Shown here: one piece after another, positions 1 through 9,460 of the stretch
Layout: every line of letters starts with the position of its first letter
Numbering within the stretch: position 1 is the stretch's first letter
Assembly: GCA_016180755.1 (NCBI GenBank)
Contig: JACPAO010000064.1
Span: 1 to 36,414 of the forward strand
DNA length: 36,414 nucleotides
Direction of reading: 5' to 3'
Origin: Methanobacteriota archaeon
GTDB lineage: Archaea; Thermoplasmatota; E2; JACPAO01
The notes under the pieces: model-generated
What the model was told of the DNA's origin: nothing
Database searches by the model: none
What the model saw: only the letters and a program-made list of their open reading frames with translations
Program-made: the position numbers and the translations under genes

Positions 1-812
1 CGGAAGAGCCGCGTCCACCGCTCGAGGAAAGGCTTCCGGAAGGCCGGGTCCTGCATCGCCCAGACCACAAGGGCCGGCTTCGACGCGAGCTTCGAGAGGC
101 CCGCCTCGATGCGATCCATCGTCGCCCAAGACTCGTGGTCCGGGTGATCTGTGGGAGGGATCATCTGGGCGAACCGGGCGACGCCCGTGCGGTCGGCGGG
201 CGTGGGGTGCGGCGCCCGGTACGGGGCGAGGTCCCGGTCGTTCTTTTTTTGCGCCTTCCCGATGAAGATCTCGGTGAAGACGTTCTTCTTCGTGGCGCGA
301 CGCCAGCCGCCCTTTCCGAGGACGAGGAACCGGAAGAGCCAAGGGAGCTTCATGGGCGGGTCGCGCACGAACGCCCACGTGTTGAACACGACGCAGCCCG
401 CGACCCGTTCGGGATGCGCCGTCGCCCACCCCATGCCGATCGGTCCGCCCCAGTCCTGGACCACGGGGACGACGTTCCGCGCCTTGAGGTGCGCAAGGAG
501 CTTCGTGAGGTTCTCGATGTGGCGGTCGAGCGAGTAGTACGCGGGGTCGCGAGGCTTGTCGCTTCGGCCGAAGCCGACGTAGTCGGGGACCACGACGCGA
601 TGGTGGCGGGCAAGCGGGCGGATGAAGTCGCGGTACAGGTAGCCCCACGTGGGGTTGCCGTGGAGCAGGAGGAACGTGACCGGCGCGTCCCGCGGGCCTT
701 CGTCCACGTACGCCATCTTGACGCCGCCCCCCACGTCGAGCCGCTGGCTTCGCCAGGGGAAGCGCCCTTCGAAGTCGCCCTCGACGTCGAGTCCGGTGTA
801 GACGCGGGCCAT
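1..812 (-). CDS. Haloalkane dehalogenase-like alpha/beta hydrolase (3' end runs off window)
   Basis: Not in the ORF track; translated by hand from ATG at 812: MARVYTG...MAYVDEGPRDAPVTFLLLHGNPTWGYLYR...VPDYVGFGRSDKP...VQDWGGPIG...VVFNTW. HGNPTW oxyanion and QDWGG nucleophile-elbow motifs fit the HLD/OleB family. Confidence 0.85.
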   Translation of the reverse strand, partial: MARVYTGLDVEGDFEGRFPWRSQRLDVGGGVKMAYVDEGPRDAPVTFLLLHGNPTWGYLYRDFIRPLARHHRVVVPDYVGFGRSDKPRDPAYYSLDRHIENLTKLLAHLKARNVVPVVQDWGGPIGMGWATAHPERVAGCVVFNTWAFVRDPPMKLPWLFRFLVLGKGGWRRATKKNVFTEIFIGKAQKKNDRDLAPYRAPHPTPADRTGVARFAQMIPPTDHPDHESWATMDRIEAGLSKLASKPALVVWAMQDPAFRKPFLERWTRLF

Positions 813-865
813 GGACGTCCGCGATGCGACGCATCTAGATAACGGGGACGCGGGTTGAGGGGAGG

Positions 866-1660
866 ATGCGTCTTCTGGTCCTTTCGGACCTCCACGTGGA
901 CTACCCCCAGAACATGCAACGGGCGCGGTCCATCGCCGACGCCTTCCTGAGGGAGGACGCCGAGGCGCTCGTGATCGCGGGCGACGTGAGCCACAAGCCC
1001 GACCAGATCGAGGCGGCCCTGCGGCTCTTCGACGGCTTCGGCGGGCCGCGCCTCTTCGTACCCGGCAACCACGACGTATGGGTCGTGCGCGGCCCGCCCG
1101 AGGACAGCTGGCAGAAGCTCGACCTCGTCGACGACGTCTGCCGCCGGAGCGGCTTCCACAACCTCGAGCGCCGGAACGCGACGGTCGGGCCCTTCACGTT
1201 CGTCGGGACCATGGGCTGGTACGATTATTCCTTCGCGAGCCCGGCCCTCGCCCTCCGCGAACAGGATTACGCCCGGAAGACCTGGCACGACCTCACCTAC
1301 ATGGACGCCAAGTACGCGAAGTGGGGAGAGCCGGACGCCGACGTTGCCGCGTGGTTCACCGCGGCCGTCCGCAAGCGGCTCCACGCGGCGGAAGGCCCCG
1401 TCGTCTTCGTCTCACATCACGTGCCGCTCGAGGAGCTTGTCCTTCGGCGCGGGCATGCGAGCTGGGACTTCTTCAACGCCTACATGGGTTCGCGGGAACT
1501 CGAGCACGTCGTCCGGACCGCGGGCGTCTCGCGGTTCGTCTTCGGCCACACCCACCGTCCCGTCACGTTCATCGGGCCGCAACGGTTCGTCATCAACAAT
1601 CCGCTTGGCTATCCACGCGAGGCGCTCAACCCGGTGCGGACGTCGTTTGACGTGACCTAG
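866..1660 (+). CDS. Calcineurin-like metallophosphoesterase
   Basis: Motifs DLH, GD, GNHD, SHH and GHTH in the canonical order. Confidence 0.9.
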   Translation: MRLLVLSDLHVDYPQNMQRARSIADAFLREDAEALVIAGDVSHKPDQIEAALRLFDGFGGPRLFVPGNHDVWVVRGPPEDSWQKLDLVDDVCRRSGFHNLERRNATVGPFTFVGTMGWYDYSFASPALALREQDYARKTWHDLTYMDAKYAKWGEPDADVAAWFTAAVRKRLHAAEGPVVFVSHHVPLEELVLRRGHASWDFFNAYMGSRELEHVVRTAGVSRFVFGHTHRPVTFIGPQRFVINNPLGYPREALNPVRTSFDVT

Positions 1661-1667
1661 GGTGCGG

Positions 1668-2723
1668 TCAGACCGCTGCCGGTTGCTGCTGGCTGACGCA
1701 GTGGATCGTGCCCATCCCCCAGACGAGGTCCTCGCAGCGGATCGGTACGACCTTCCGTCCGGGCAGGCGCTCGCCGAGGACGGCGGCGGCCCTCCGGTCG
1801 TTGGGGTGGCCGAAGGCCGGGACGAGGGCGACCTTGTTTCCGATGTAGAAATTGGCGTAGCTCGCGGGAAGCGGTTCCCCGTCGTCGGTCGCGACGCGGC
1901 CGGGCATCGGGAGCGGGACGATGCGGAAGGGTTTCCCACGGGCGTCGCGCATCGCCTTGAGCGCGGCGAGGTTCTTCTCGAGGATCGCGTGGTTCGGCTC
2001 GGCCTCGTCGGGCTCGACGGCGGCGACGATCGTGTTCGCGTCCGTGAACCGGGCGATGTCGTCGATGTGGCCGTCGGTGTCGTCGCCGACGATGCCCTCG
2101 TGGAGCCAGAGGACCTGTTCGACGCCCAGGTGGTCGCGAAGGGCGGCCTCGATGGCGGGCCGGCGAAGCGTGGGGTTCCGGTTCTTGTTGAGAAGGCACT
2201 GCTCGGTCGTGAGCACCGTCCCCGCCCCGTTCACCTCGATCGAGCCTCCCTCCATGACGAGGCCCGGGGTGAAGCGGCGCAGGCGCTGGATCGTGGGGAG
2301 GCGCTCGGGGATGCCGTCGTCCGGAAGGAGCGTGTCGTACTTGCCCCCCCAGGCGTTGAAGCGCCAGCGGTTGTAGGCGACCTCGTGTTTGTTTTTTTGT
2401 CCGCCCTTCACGAAGTTCGGCCCGTAGTCACGGATCCACGAGTCCGCCGTGCGCACGCGGTGGAAGGCGACGTTGTCGACACCCTCGTCGCGCAGGCGCT
2501 TCCTCACCTTCGCCTCCGACGCGGCGTCATCGACGAGGAGGTCGACCCGCTCGTGGGGCGTGAGGGCCCGCATCATCTCGACGAACGCGGCCTCCGCCTT
2601 CGGCACCCGGTCGGGCCACGTGACGGGGTCCTTCGGCCAGGCGAGCCACGTCGCCTCGTGGGGCTCCCACTCGGCCGGCATGGAGAATCCCAGCTCGCGC
2701 GGGGTCGGCGCCAACGGGATCAC
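1668..2723 (-). CDS. aguA: Agmatine deiminase (PPAD/AguA family)
   Basis: MPAEWEPHEATWLAWP, WIRDYGP, EGG, DDTDGHID, SYANF and terminal GTIHCVSQQQP. GTG start at 2723 overlaps the upstream TGA (GTGA). Confidence 0.93.
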   Translation of the reverse strand: MIPLAPTPRELGFSMPAEWEPHEATWLAWPKDPVTWPDRVPKAEAAFVEMMRALTPHERVDLLVDDAASEAKVRKRLRDEGVDNVAFHRVRTADSWIRDYGPNFVKGGQKNKHEVAYNRWRFNAWGGKYDTLLPDDGIPERLPTIQRLRRFTPGLVMEGGSIEVNGAGTVLTTEQCLLNKNRNPTLRRPAIEAALRDHLGVEQVLWLHEGIVGDDTDGHIDDIARFTDANTIVAAVEPDEAEPNHAILEKNLAALKAMRDARGKPFRIVPLPMPGRVATDDGEPLPASYANFYIGNKVALVPAFGHPNDRRAAAVLGERLPGRKVVPIRCEDLVWGMGTIHCVSQQQPAAV

Positions 2724-3619
2724 GCGTCCATGAACCGCTGCGTGATGGGGCCGTAGGCGTCGATCCGGCGGTCCCGGAGGAAGGGCCAGCCGTGGCGGAA
2801 GCGCTCGATGTCGCCGAGGTCGCAGTCCGCGTACAGGATCTCCTCGTTCGCCTCGCTCGCCTTCGCGACGACCTCGCCGAAGGGGTTGGCGACGAAGCTG
2901 TGGCCCCAGAAGTCGAGCTCGCCCTCGCGGCCGACGCGGTTGGGCACGGCGACGAAGACGCCGTTCGCGACGGCGTGCGAGCGCTGGATCGTCTGCCAGG
3001 CGTCGTGCTGCGCGACCTGGTGCTCCTTCTCGCCGATCCAGGTGCCGATCGCCGTCGGGTAGAAGAGGATCTGCGCGCCCTGCAGCGCCGTGAGTCGGGC
3101 CGCCTCGGGGTACCACTGGTCCCAGCAGACGAGGACCCCGATGCGCCCGAAGCGCGTGTCGAATGCCTTGAAGCCGAGGTCGCCGGGCGCGAAGTAGAAC
3201 TTCTCGTAGAACCGGGGGTCCTCCGGGATGTGCATCTTCCGGTACTTGCCGACGAGGGACCCGTCGGCGTCGATCACGACCGCCGTGTTGTGGTAGAGCC
3301 CCTGCGCCCGCTTCTCGAAGAGGCTCGCGACGATGACGACGCCCTGCTTCTTCGCTGCGTCGGAGAGCCGTTTCGTCGTCGGCCCGGGGATCGTCTCCGC
3401 GAGCGCGAAGTTCCGTGGGTCCTCTGTCTGGCAGAAATACTGGGACCGGAAGAGCTCCTGCAGGCAGACGATCTTGGCGCCCTTCTTCGCCGCCTCCTTG
3501 ATGCGTTCGAGGGCTTTCCCAAGGTTCGCGTCGGGGTCGGGGCCGCAGTGCATCTGCACGAGCGCCACGCGGACGGGACCGCCATTGTTTTTTTGTAAAA
3601 CCTTCCTGTTCGAGGCCAA
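2720..3619 (-). CDS. aguB: N-carbamoylputrescine amidase (carbon-nitrogen hydrolase)
   Basis: CLQELF, YRKMHIPEDPRFYEKFYF, VCWDQWYPEAAR and WPFLRDRR; coupled to aguA. TTG start about 26 nt after a TATA-like GCTAAAAG. Confidence 0.92.
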   Translation of the reverse strand: MASNRKVLQKNNGGPVRVALVQMHCGPDPDANLGKALERIKEAAKKGAKIVCLQELFRSQYFCQTEDPRNFALAETIPGPTTKRLSDAAKKQGVVIVASLFEKRAQGLYHNTAVVIDADGSLVGKYRKMHIPEDPRFYEKFYFAPGDLGFKAFDTRFGRIGVLVCWDQWYPEAARLTALQGAQILFYPTAIGTWIGEKEHQVAQHDAWQTIQRSHAVANGVFVAVPNRVGREGELDFWGHSFVANPFGEVVAKASEANEEILYADCDLGDIERFRHGWPFLRDRRIDAYGPITQRFMDA

Positions 3620-3680
3620 GGCGGCCGGTGAGAGAGGGCGGCGCCTTTTAGCTTTCGCCCGGCGCCGATGCGCTTTGCCC

Positions 3681-3971
3681 TCAACGGTCCGGAGGCATCG
3701 CCCGGGCGGGGACCTGGAAGCCTTGGGCCGCCGCGGTCCGCTCTACGACGATGGGCGCGGCGGCCTTCTGTTCCGCCGCCCAGGCCGTGATTGCGAGCAT
3801 CGGGCCGACGAAGAAGGCCTTTCCCAAGAAGTACACGCCCAGTGCGGACCAAACGACACCTTCTTGGTCGTCGCCCCAGCCCGTCTCGTTGAGTAGCCAT
3901 ACCCCGGCGCCCGCGCAGGCAACGCTCGCGAGCGCGCCGAACACCGACCCGATGACGAAGACCCTGCCCAC
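3681..3971 (-). CDS. Small 2-TM membrane protein, hypothetical
   Basis: C-terminal part of the 3681..5681 ORF from GTG at 3971 (GRVFVIGSVFGALASVACAGAGVWLL...VVWSALGVYFLGKAFFVGPMLAITAW); two hydrophobic helices; GAAGGTG upstream. Confidence 0.6.
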   Translation of the reverse strand: MGRVFVIGSVFGALASVACAGAGVWLLNETGWGDDQEGVVWSALGVYFLGKAFFVGPMLAITAWAAEQKAAAPIVVERTAAAQGFQVPARAMPPDR

Positions 3972-4124
3972 GCCGCACCTTCGCCACCCCGACCGGGCCG
4001 GCGCTACATCAAATCTGCCCCCCGGCGCGTTTATTAGCCCGGCCGGCGACGCCCGGGCGGCATGCGAAGCGGTAAGCGTCCGTCCAGTCTCCTTATCTTG
4101 GGCGTACGCACTCGTCGGTCTACC

Positions 4125-5450
4125 ATGCGAACGCACTGGATCTGGCCCCTCCTCGTGGGCCTTCTGTTGGTCCCGACCGCGAACGCCGGCTCCACGCTCG
4201 AGGACGAGTCCGTCCTTGCGGGGCCCGACTTCGTCGAACTCGAGGTCAGCGAGGTGGCCGACGGGGCCGAGGGCGCCTCCTGGTACAACCGAATGGACCT
4301 CGACGGTGATGGCACAGCGACCGAGCAGGAGACGTCGAAATGGTCGTTGGCGTGGAAGCTCGACGCGGCGGACGTGCCATCCTGCTTCGTAGGGTTCTCC
4401 TACGCGACCCTGGGCGGCGACGCGCCGATCGGCTTCGCCTCCGTGCGCAGGTCGGCCCTCACGTGGGAAAAGGACGGAGCGCACGCGGTGGGGCTCCTGA
4501 CCGTCGTCCGGCTCCAGTACGCCGCCACCTCCGGCGACGAATACAACGCCGCCCTCCACCTCTGGGAGCGCGACCAAGTGGAATCCGCGTACCGGTGCGT
4601 GACCGGCCGCGGCCACCGCCTGTTCGAGCACGAGGGGCCTCCGACGGTGATCCTCGATGTTTGGACCCCGCCCGGCGTCGAGATCGCCAAGCGCAGCGTC
4701 CACCCCTCGGAGTTCCGCGACAACTACTGCGACTGCAGCTCGACGGTCGTGTACGCCGACGCGTGCAACACCACGACCGGCGAATGCACGCATTCCGACC
4801 GCGAGCCCGAGACCACCTTCTATACCGTCCTCCAGTTCCGGCGCGATGGGATCGCGAAGGCCTACACGAACGAGATCCGCTTCCACGTGGGGCCCGCGTC
4901 GACGGACTGGTCCGCGATCCTTCTCGCGACGACCGGCCTCGGGGCCCTCGGGGTCGCGGCGCGCGTCACGTTCTCCGACTGGGGTCGCTTCAAGTTCCTT
5001 CCCTTCGTCCCGTTCTTCACGCGCATCACGAAGGCCAAGGCCCTCGAGCACGACCTGCGCGACGCCCTCAACACCTACGTCGCCGAGAACCCCGGCGCGT
5101 CCTTCGGCGAGATGCGGCGCCATTTCAGCGTGGGTCACGGGACCCTCATCCACCACCTTCGCGTCCTCAAGGAGCAAGGCTTCGTCTCGATGCGTCGGGA
5201 CAAGCTCAAGGCCCGCTTCTACAAGGTCGGCTTCCCGCTTCCCTCGACGCCGACGCTGAGCGACGAGCAGGCGCAACTCCTTCGCCTCGTCCAGGGCGAG
5301 CCCGGGCTGCGCCAAGTGGACCTCGCGGGGCGCGTCGGCCTCGCCCGGGAGAACGTGAAGTACCACCTCGGCGTCCTCGCCGAGGCGGGCCTTGTGCGCG
5401 TCGCGCCCGACGGACGGGCCCGGCGGTACTACCCCTCGGGCGCGAGTTGA
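4125..5450 (+). CDS. Membrane-anchored transcriptional regulator: signal peptide, extracellular domain, TM, tandem winged-helix (COG3398-like)
   Basis: MRTHWIWPLLVGLLLVPTANA signal; TM WSAILLATTGLGALGVAA; LEHDLRDALNTYVAENPGASFGEM...HHLRVL, then EPGLRQVDLA...VKYHLGVL. CCTTATC about 28 nt upstream. Confidence 0.85.
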   Translation: MRTHWIWPLLVGLLLVPTANAGSTLEDESVLAGPDFVELEVSEVADGAEGASWYNRMDLDGDGTATEQETSKWSLAWKLDAADVPSCFVGFSYATLGGDAPIGFASVRRSALTWEKDGAHAVGLLTVVRLQYAATSGDEYNAALHLWERDQVESAYRCVTGRGHRLFEHEGPPTVILDVWTPPGVEIAKRSVHPSEFRDNYCDCSSTVVYADACNTTTGECTHSDREPETTFYTVLQFRRDGIAKAYTNEIRFHVGPASTDWSAILLATTGLGALGVAARVTFSDWGRFKFLPFVPFFTRITKAKALEHDLRDALNTYVAENPGASFGEMRRHFSVGHGTLIHHLRVLKEQGFVSMRRDKLKARFYKVGFPLPSTPTLSDEQAQLLRLVQGEPGLRQVDLAGRVGLARENVKYHLGVLAEAGLVRVAPDGRARRYYPSGAS

Positions 5451-5498
5451 GCCCGGCCGAGGGCGCGTCCTTTTACGCCCCGGGGCCGTGGCGGGACC

Positions 5499-5873
5499 GT
5501 GCGCCCCCTCGCGGTCACGGCCCTCACGCTCACCCCCCTGCTCGTTCCCGTCGCCTTCGGCGCGTTCCTCGCCGCCAACTGCGAGGACGATTGGTGCCCC
5601 GGCGCCCTCCTTGAACTCGGCGTCGAGTTGGTTGTGGCGGCCGCGGTCATCGCCTCGGCGCAGTGGATCCTCGCGGCCCACGGGCTGCCCGCTTGGCGCG
5701 CCGCGCTCGCCGCGTGGACCCTCGCCTTCGGCCTCGCCGCGTTCGTCTTCGCGGCGTCGCAGGCGTACGAGCGGGACTGGATGCCCGCGTTGGCCGCGGT
5801 CTGGACGGCCGCCGGGCTCCTCGTTGGGAGTTTTGTCCTAGGCGCCAGGCGGCGGCCCACCGCGGCCCCCTGA
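5499..5873 (+). CDS. 4-TM hypothetical membrane protein
   Basis: Four hydrophobic segments; codon usage like neighbouring genes. Confidence 0.65.
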   Translation: MRPLAVTALTLTPLLVPVAFGAFLAANCEDDWCPGALLELGVELVVAAAVIASAQWILAAHGLPAWRAALAAWTLAFGLAAFVFAASQAYERDWMPALAAVWTAAGLLVGSFVLGARRRPTAAP

Positions 5874-5932
5874 TCGTCCGTTCGACGTGCGTACTAGCAA
5901 ATTCTTCTAACCCGTGGGACGCGCGGCGCGGC

Positions 5933-6343
5933 GTGGGCGACTACGTGGCCTTGGCCTTCAACGTGCTCGCCGCGGGGGTCTTCCTTGCGGCGGGCGTCGC
6001 GCACTTTTCTCCCGTGGAGGCGCCGGAAGACGTGCTCCGGGTCGTCGATGAGTTCGCGCCGGCCCCTTGCACGATCGATTGGTGCACGCTCGACCCGCTT
6101 CCCGCGTCCATCGATGCCTCGGTCGACTCGGCCCCCCAGGACGAAGAGGCGAAGGACGACGCCCTAGCGGAGGCCGGAAATGCGACGGTCCTGGAGCCAC
6201 GCGTCCTTGACGAGATCCGCACGACCTTTCCGACCGAGCCCGACGAGCGGACGAAGGGCTGGGAGAAGAAGTGGGGTCGGCAAGGGTGGCGCCCCGGGCT
6301 GCTTCGCTTGCGGGACGTTTACGTCCCTGACGCGGACGCGTGA
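5933..6343 (+). CDS. Hypothetical protein with N-terminal signal/TM segment
   Basis: GTG at 5933 after an AT-rich promoter-like stretch (5893-5910); hydrophobic YVALAFNVLAAGVFLAAGVA followed by an acidic region. Confidence 0.55.
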   Translation: MGDYVALAFNVLAAGVFLAAGVAHFSPVEAPEDVLRVVDEFAPAPCTIDWCTLDPLPASIDASVDSAPQDEEAKDDALAEAGNATVLEPRVLDEIRTTFPTEPDERTKGWEKKWGRQGWRPGLLRLRDVYVPDADA

Positions 6344-6461
6344 AACGGCGACGGAGTTTCGTCCCGGGACAACTTCGCGAAGGCCGCGAGGAACGTCCCA
6401 CAATCCTAGAATCCCGAACTAGGGTGTCCGCGGCCCACGCCTTAGGCCGGAGCGGGAATCG

Positions 6462-6914
6462 ATGATGGACCTCAACCACCCCAAACGCGCGCTTGCACTC
6501 GCGACCGCCGCCGTGACGCTCGTGGTCGCGGCGTTCGTCATGCCGGTGGCCTTCGGCCAGTCGCCGACGACGACGTCCCCCACCGCCACGACGACGTCCT
6601 GCCCGACGACATCCACGAGCGCCACGACTGCGACTGCCACCACCGCCACGTCGACGCCGGCCGGCACCCCTACTACGACAACTTCCACCACCACCTACGT
6701 CGCCTACCAGGGGACCGCCACGACGACGCCTTCGTGCCCCACGTCCGGTCCGACCAACATGACCGAACCGACCGACACGGGCTTCACGGGATTCCCGACG
6801 GATGACACGGGCGGATCCCCCGAGGGCGAGGGCGGCGCGCCGGCCCTTCTCTTGCCGATGGCGGCCCTGGCGGTCTTGGCCGTGGCCCTGGTCATCGAGC
6901 GGCGAAAGCGGTGA
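6462..6914 (+). CDS. Thr-rich secreted surface (glyco)protein with C-terminal TM anchor and basic tail
   Basis: Signal peptide, Thr/Ser/Pro low-complexity body, C-terminal GGAPALLLPMAALAVLAVALVIERRKR. Confidence 0.8.
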   Translation: MMDLNHPKRALALATAAVTLVVAAFVMPVAFGQSPTTTSPTATTTSCPTTSTSATTATATTATSTPAGTPTTTTSTTTYVAYQGTATTTPSCPTSGPTNMTEPTDTGFTGFPTDDTGGSPEGEGGAPALLLPMAALAVLAVALVIERRKR

Positions 6915-7230
6915 GGCGCGCGTTGCGCCTGCCCCGGCGCCCCCCCGGGGGAATGTTCCCGGGGAGGCCCGGCCACCAGGAACGCGGGCCGGTCTTCGGG
7001 CGTCCGGTACTGACCAGGCCGAATCAATCGTCGGCCTCGGCGTCGGCCATGGCCTTGAGCGTGCCGGGGCTCAACGACTCGAACAGCCTGATACGTTCGG
7101 CCGGGGCGAGTTTCCCGGGCTGATGCTTTCGGGCGTCGCGAGAGCCGGTCCCCGTCACGAAGTCTGACTCGCGGCCGGCGGCGAATATGTTTCCCGTTGG
7201 CGGCCGACTACCCGCTCCCGCCGCGGAAAG

Positions 7231-7303
7231 TGGGTCTGTCCGGATTTGAACCGGAGTCTCATGGTCCCGAACCATGAAGTATACCAAGCTAGCCCACAGA
7301 CCC
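7231..7303 (-). tRNA. tRNA-Pro (anticodon CGG), intronless, CCA not encoded
   Basis: Reverse complement GGGTCTG TG GGCTAGCTTGGTATACTT CATGG TT CGG GA CCATG AGACT CCGGTTCAAATCCGGA CAGACCC A: 7-bp acceptor stem, anticodon stem CATGG/CCATG, TTCAAAT T-loop. Confidence 0.95.
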
Positions 7304-7340
7304 AGAACGAAGGGGGCGAAGGGCCCAAGATGGGACTTCG

Positions 7341-7346
7341 TTTAAA
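7341..7346 (-). promoter_or_regulatory. TATA box (TTTAAA) for tRNA-Pro, overlapping the TAA stop of the upstream gene
   Basis: TTTAAA about 38 nt upstream of the mature tRNA 5' end. Confidence 0.6.
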
Positions 7347-8223
7347 CCCTGCGCGTCCGCTCGAGGAGGATGCGGGGCTTCGTGCCGGCGTCGGACGCCA
7401 CCGGAGCCACTGGTTCGGCCTGGGCCGCCTGGAGGTCCCCGATCGTGAGGGCGCGGCCCCACATCGCCCGGTCCTCCGCCTCGCGGGCGCTCTCCGCTCG
7501 GGCGAGGAGCCGCCGCCACGTGTGGCCCTCCTGCCGGTCCCGGCCCGCCTCGAGCCGGTGGCGGACGCTTCGCGTCATCGTGACGGCCTGGACCATGCTG
7601 AGGATGGCGCCGATCGCGACGCCGATGAGCGGGATGACCCTGATGACGATCCGGGAGTAGACGATGCGTAGGGCGCGCCGACCCAGGATGGGGAAGGCCT
7701 GCTCGAGCATGGATTCGCCGAGCTCGCCGGCAAGGTTCTTGAGCGCGGCCTTGCCCGGGTGGTGGTCCTTCCCGTGGAAGACGTACGGGAGCGCCTCCTC
7801 GAGGAGTTGGCGGTCGGAGCCACGGTGCCCTCGGAACAGGAGGAGCGTGATGACGTAGCTCAACTGCTCTTGGACCTGAAGCCCGGTCTCGAGAACGGTG
7901 GCGGCGACGACGCTCGGGATGGAGATGGGAAGGAACGGGATGATGCCGGGGACGCTCGACACGCCGCCGTAGACCGTGAGGCGCCGCACGAGGGCCCGCG
8001 AGGCCAGTCGCTCGAGCGTCGCCGGGTCGGCATCGGGGAATTTCCGCACGAGGTCCCCGGCGCGCTGGCGGGCAAGGGGGGCGGCGCGCAGGATGTGGGC
8101 GCGCACGCGGTCCTCAACGAACGCCTTGAAGGTCAGGCGGCTCCGGCGGTGCAACTTGAAGAGCTTGCGGTCGAGCTTAAGCTCCGCCCGGAACTCGTTC
8201 GCGTCCGTCGTGTCAGTCGCCAC
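7342..8223 (-). CDS. Hypothetical membrane-associated protein, EcsC-like
   Basis: GTG at 8223 downstream of TATATA (8274-8279). LVRRLTVYGGVSSVPGIIP...RVIPLIGVAIGAILS resembles the EcsC-type helical pattern; family call tentative. Confidence 0.65.
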   Translation of the reverse strand: MATDTTDANEFRAELKLDRKLFKLHRRSRLTFKAFVEDRVRAHILRAAPLARQRAGDLVRKFPDADPATLERLASRALVRRLTVYGGVSSVPGIIPFLPISIPSVVAATVLETGLQVQEQLSYVITLLLFRGHRGSDRQLLEEALPYVFHGKDHHPGKAALKNLAGELGESMLEQAFPILGRRALRIVYSRIVIRVIPLIGVAIGAILSMVQAVTMTRSVRHRLEAGRDRQEGHTWRRLLARAESAREAEDRAMWGRALTIGDLQAAQAEPVAPVASDAGTKPRILLERTRRV

Positions 8224-8308
8224 CTGGGTCCACCCACGCGTCGAAGCCGTCCGGTGTGCCAAATCGAGAGCGATATATAGCGTGTGGGTCCGGGTCGGGA
8301 CGCAAGAC

Positions 8309-9385
8309 CTACCGGGTCGCCGCGATCTCCTGCATCGTGGCCAGGGGCCCTGGATGCCGGCGGAAGTACTCCCGGACGGGTTCGAGGACCTCGTTCGTGT
8401 ACTTGGCGACGCCTTTCTTGAGGTCGGCCGGGTGGAGCTTCCCGCCGACGAACGCCGCCTCCAAGTGGGCGTAGGTCGCGAACGTGGCGGGGCCACCGAA
8501 CTTCTCCGGCCGGTCGACCACGAACGCCTCGGCCGGGTCCCGCTCGAGATGGCCCGCGAAGACGACCAGGCGGGCGAGGTCGAGGACGGGGTTTCCCTCC
8601 GCGGAGCCCTGCGGGCAGACCGCGCTGTTTATTTTTTGCTCAACAGCCTTCGCGTCGTCGTGGATGAGGATTCCGCTCTGCGGATTGCTCTTGCTCATCT
8701 TCGCCTCGATCGGGTCCATGCGACCTTGCGCCTGGAGCGAAGGCAGGAGCGGCGTGTGGATGGCAAGCGGCACTTTCTTGCCTAGCTTGTGCGCGACGTC
8801 GCGGGCGAGCATGTGCGCGTGGCGCTGGTCGAGGCCGCCGTAGGCGAGGTCGAGGTCGAAGTGGAAGATGTCCGCCACCTGCATGGCCGGGTAGATGAAC
8901 TTCGACATGTCGCGCTCGGCCTCCTCGGCCGACCGACCCAGGATGTCCATCGCGCGCTTCATGCGGGCGAGGCTCGTCGCCTTCGCCGTGCCGATGACGA
9001 GCGCCCAGTAGCTCGGGTCGTCGACGTAGTCGGACGCGTACAGGAACTCGACCCGGTCGGTCGGGACCCCGAGCGCCGCGAAGCAGTGCTTCATGTACTC
9101 CCCGCAGGCTTTTATTTTTTGCAGGTCCCCGCCGAGCTTGTCGTTGATCTGGGCGTGCCAGTCGGCAAGGAGCACCTTGACCTGGAGCCCCGCGTCGACG
9201 AGGTCGGTCACCTTGTCGGCCGTGATCTTCCACCCGAGGTGGACGCGGCCGCTCGGCTCGAAGCCGATGTAGGCCTTCCGGACGGCCCGGGCTGCGAGGT
9301 CGGCGGAGAGCTTCTCGGCCTCCGGTTCGGTCACGATCTCCGCTGTGTTGCGGCGAAGAAGCCCGAGGATCGAGGCGGGGTCCAT
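8309..9385 (-). CDS. tyrS: Tyrosine--tRNA ligase, archaeal type
   Basis: YIGFEPSGRVHLG (HIGH-like), LADWHA, YPAMQVADI, GGLDQR, KMSKS and LHPADLK. Confidence 0.96.
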   Translation of the reverse strand: MDPASILGLLRRNTAEIVTEPEAEKLSADLAARAVRKAYIGFEPSGRVHLGWKITADKVTDLVDAGLQVKVLLADWHAQINDKLGGDLQKIKACGEYMKHCFAALGVPTDRVEFLYASDYVDDPSYWALVIGTAKATSLARMKRAMDILGRSAEEAERDMSKFIYPAMQVADIFHFDLDLAYGGLDQRHAHMLARDVAHKLGKKVPLAIHTPLLPSLQAQGRMDPIEAKMSKSNPQSGILIHDDAKAVEQKINSAVCPQGSAEGNPVLDLARLVVFAGHLERDPAEAFVVDRPEKFGGPATFATYAHLEAAFVGGKLHPADLKKGVAKYTNEVLEPVREYFRRHPGPLATMQEIAATR

Positions 9386-9460
9386 CGGCCGACCGCAAGC
9401 GGGGCGCAATTGAAGTCGTTTGGGGTTGGGCGCCCGTAATTCTTGGGACTTACCCGCCCC

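Noticed and set aside
7231-7303. tRNA as attachment site of an integrated element
   Set aside because: No duplicated tRNA 3' end and no integrase seen in the window.
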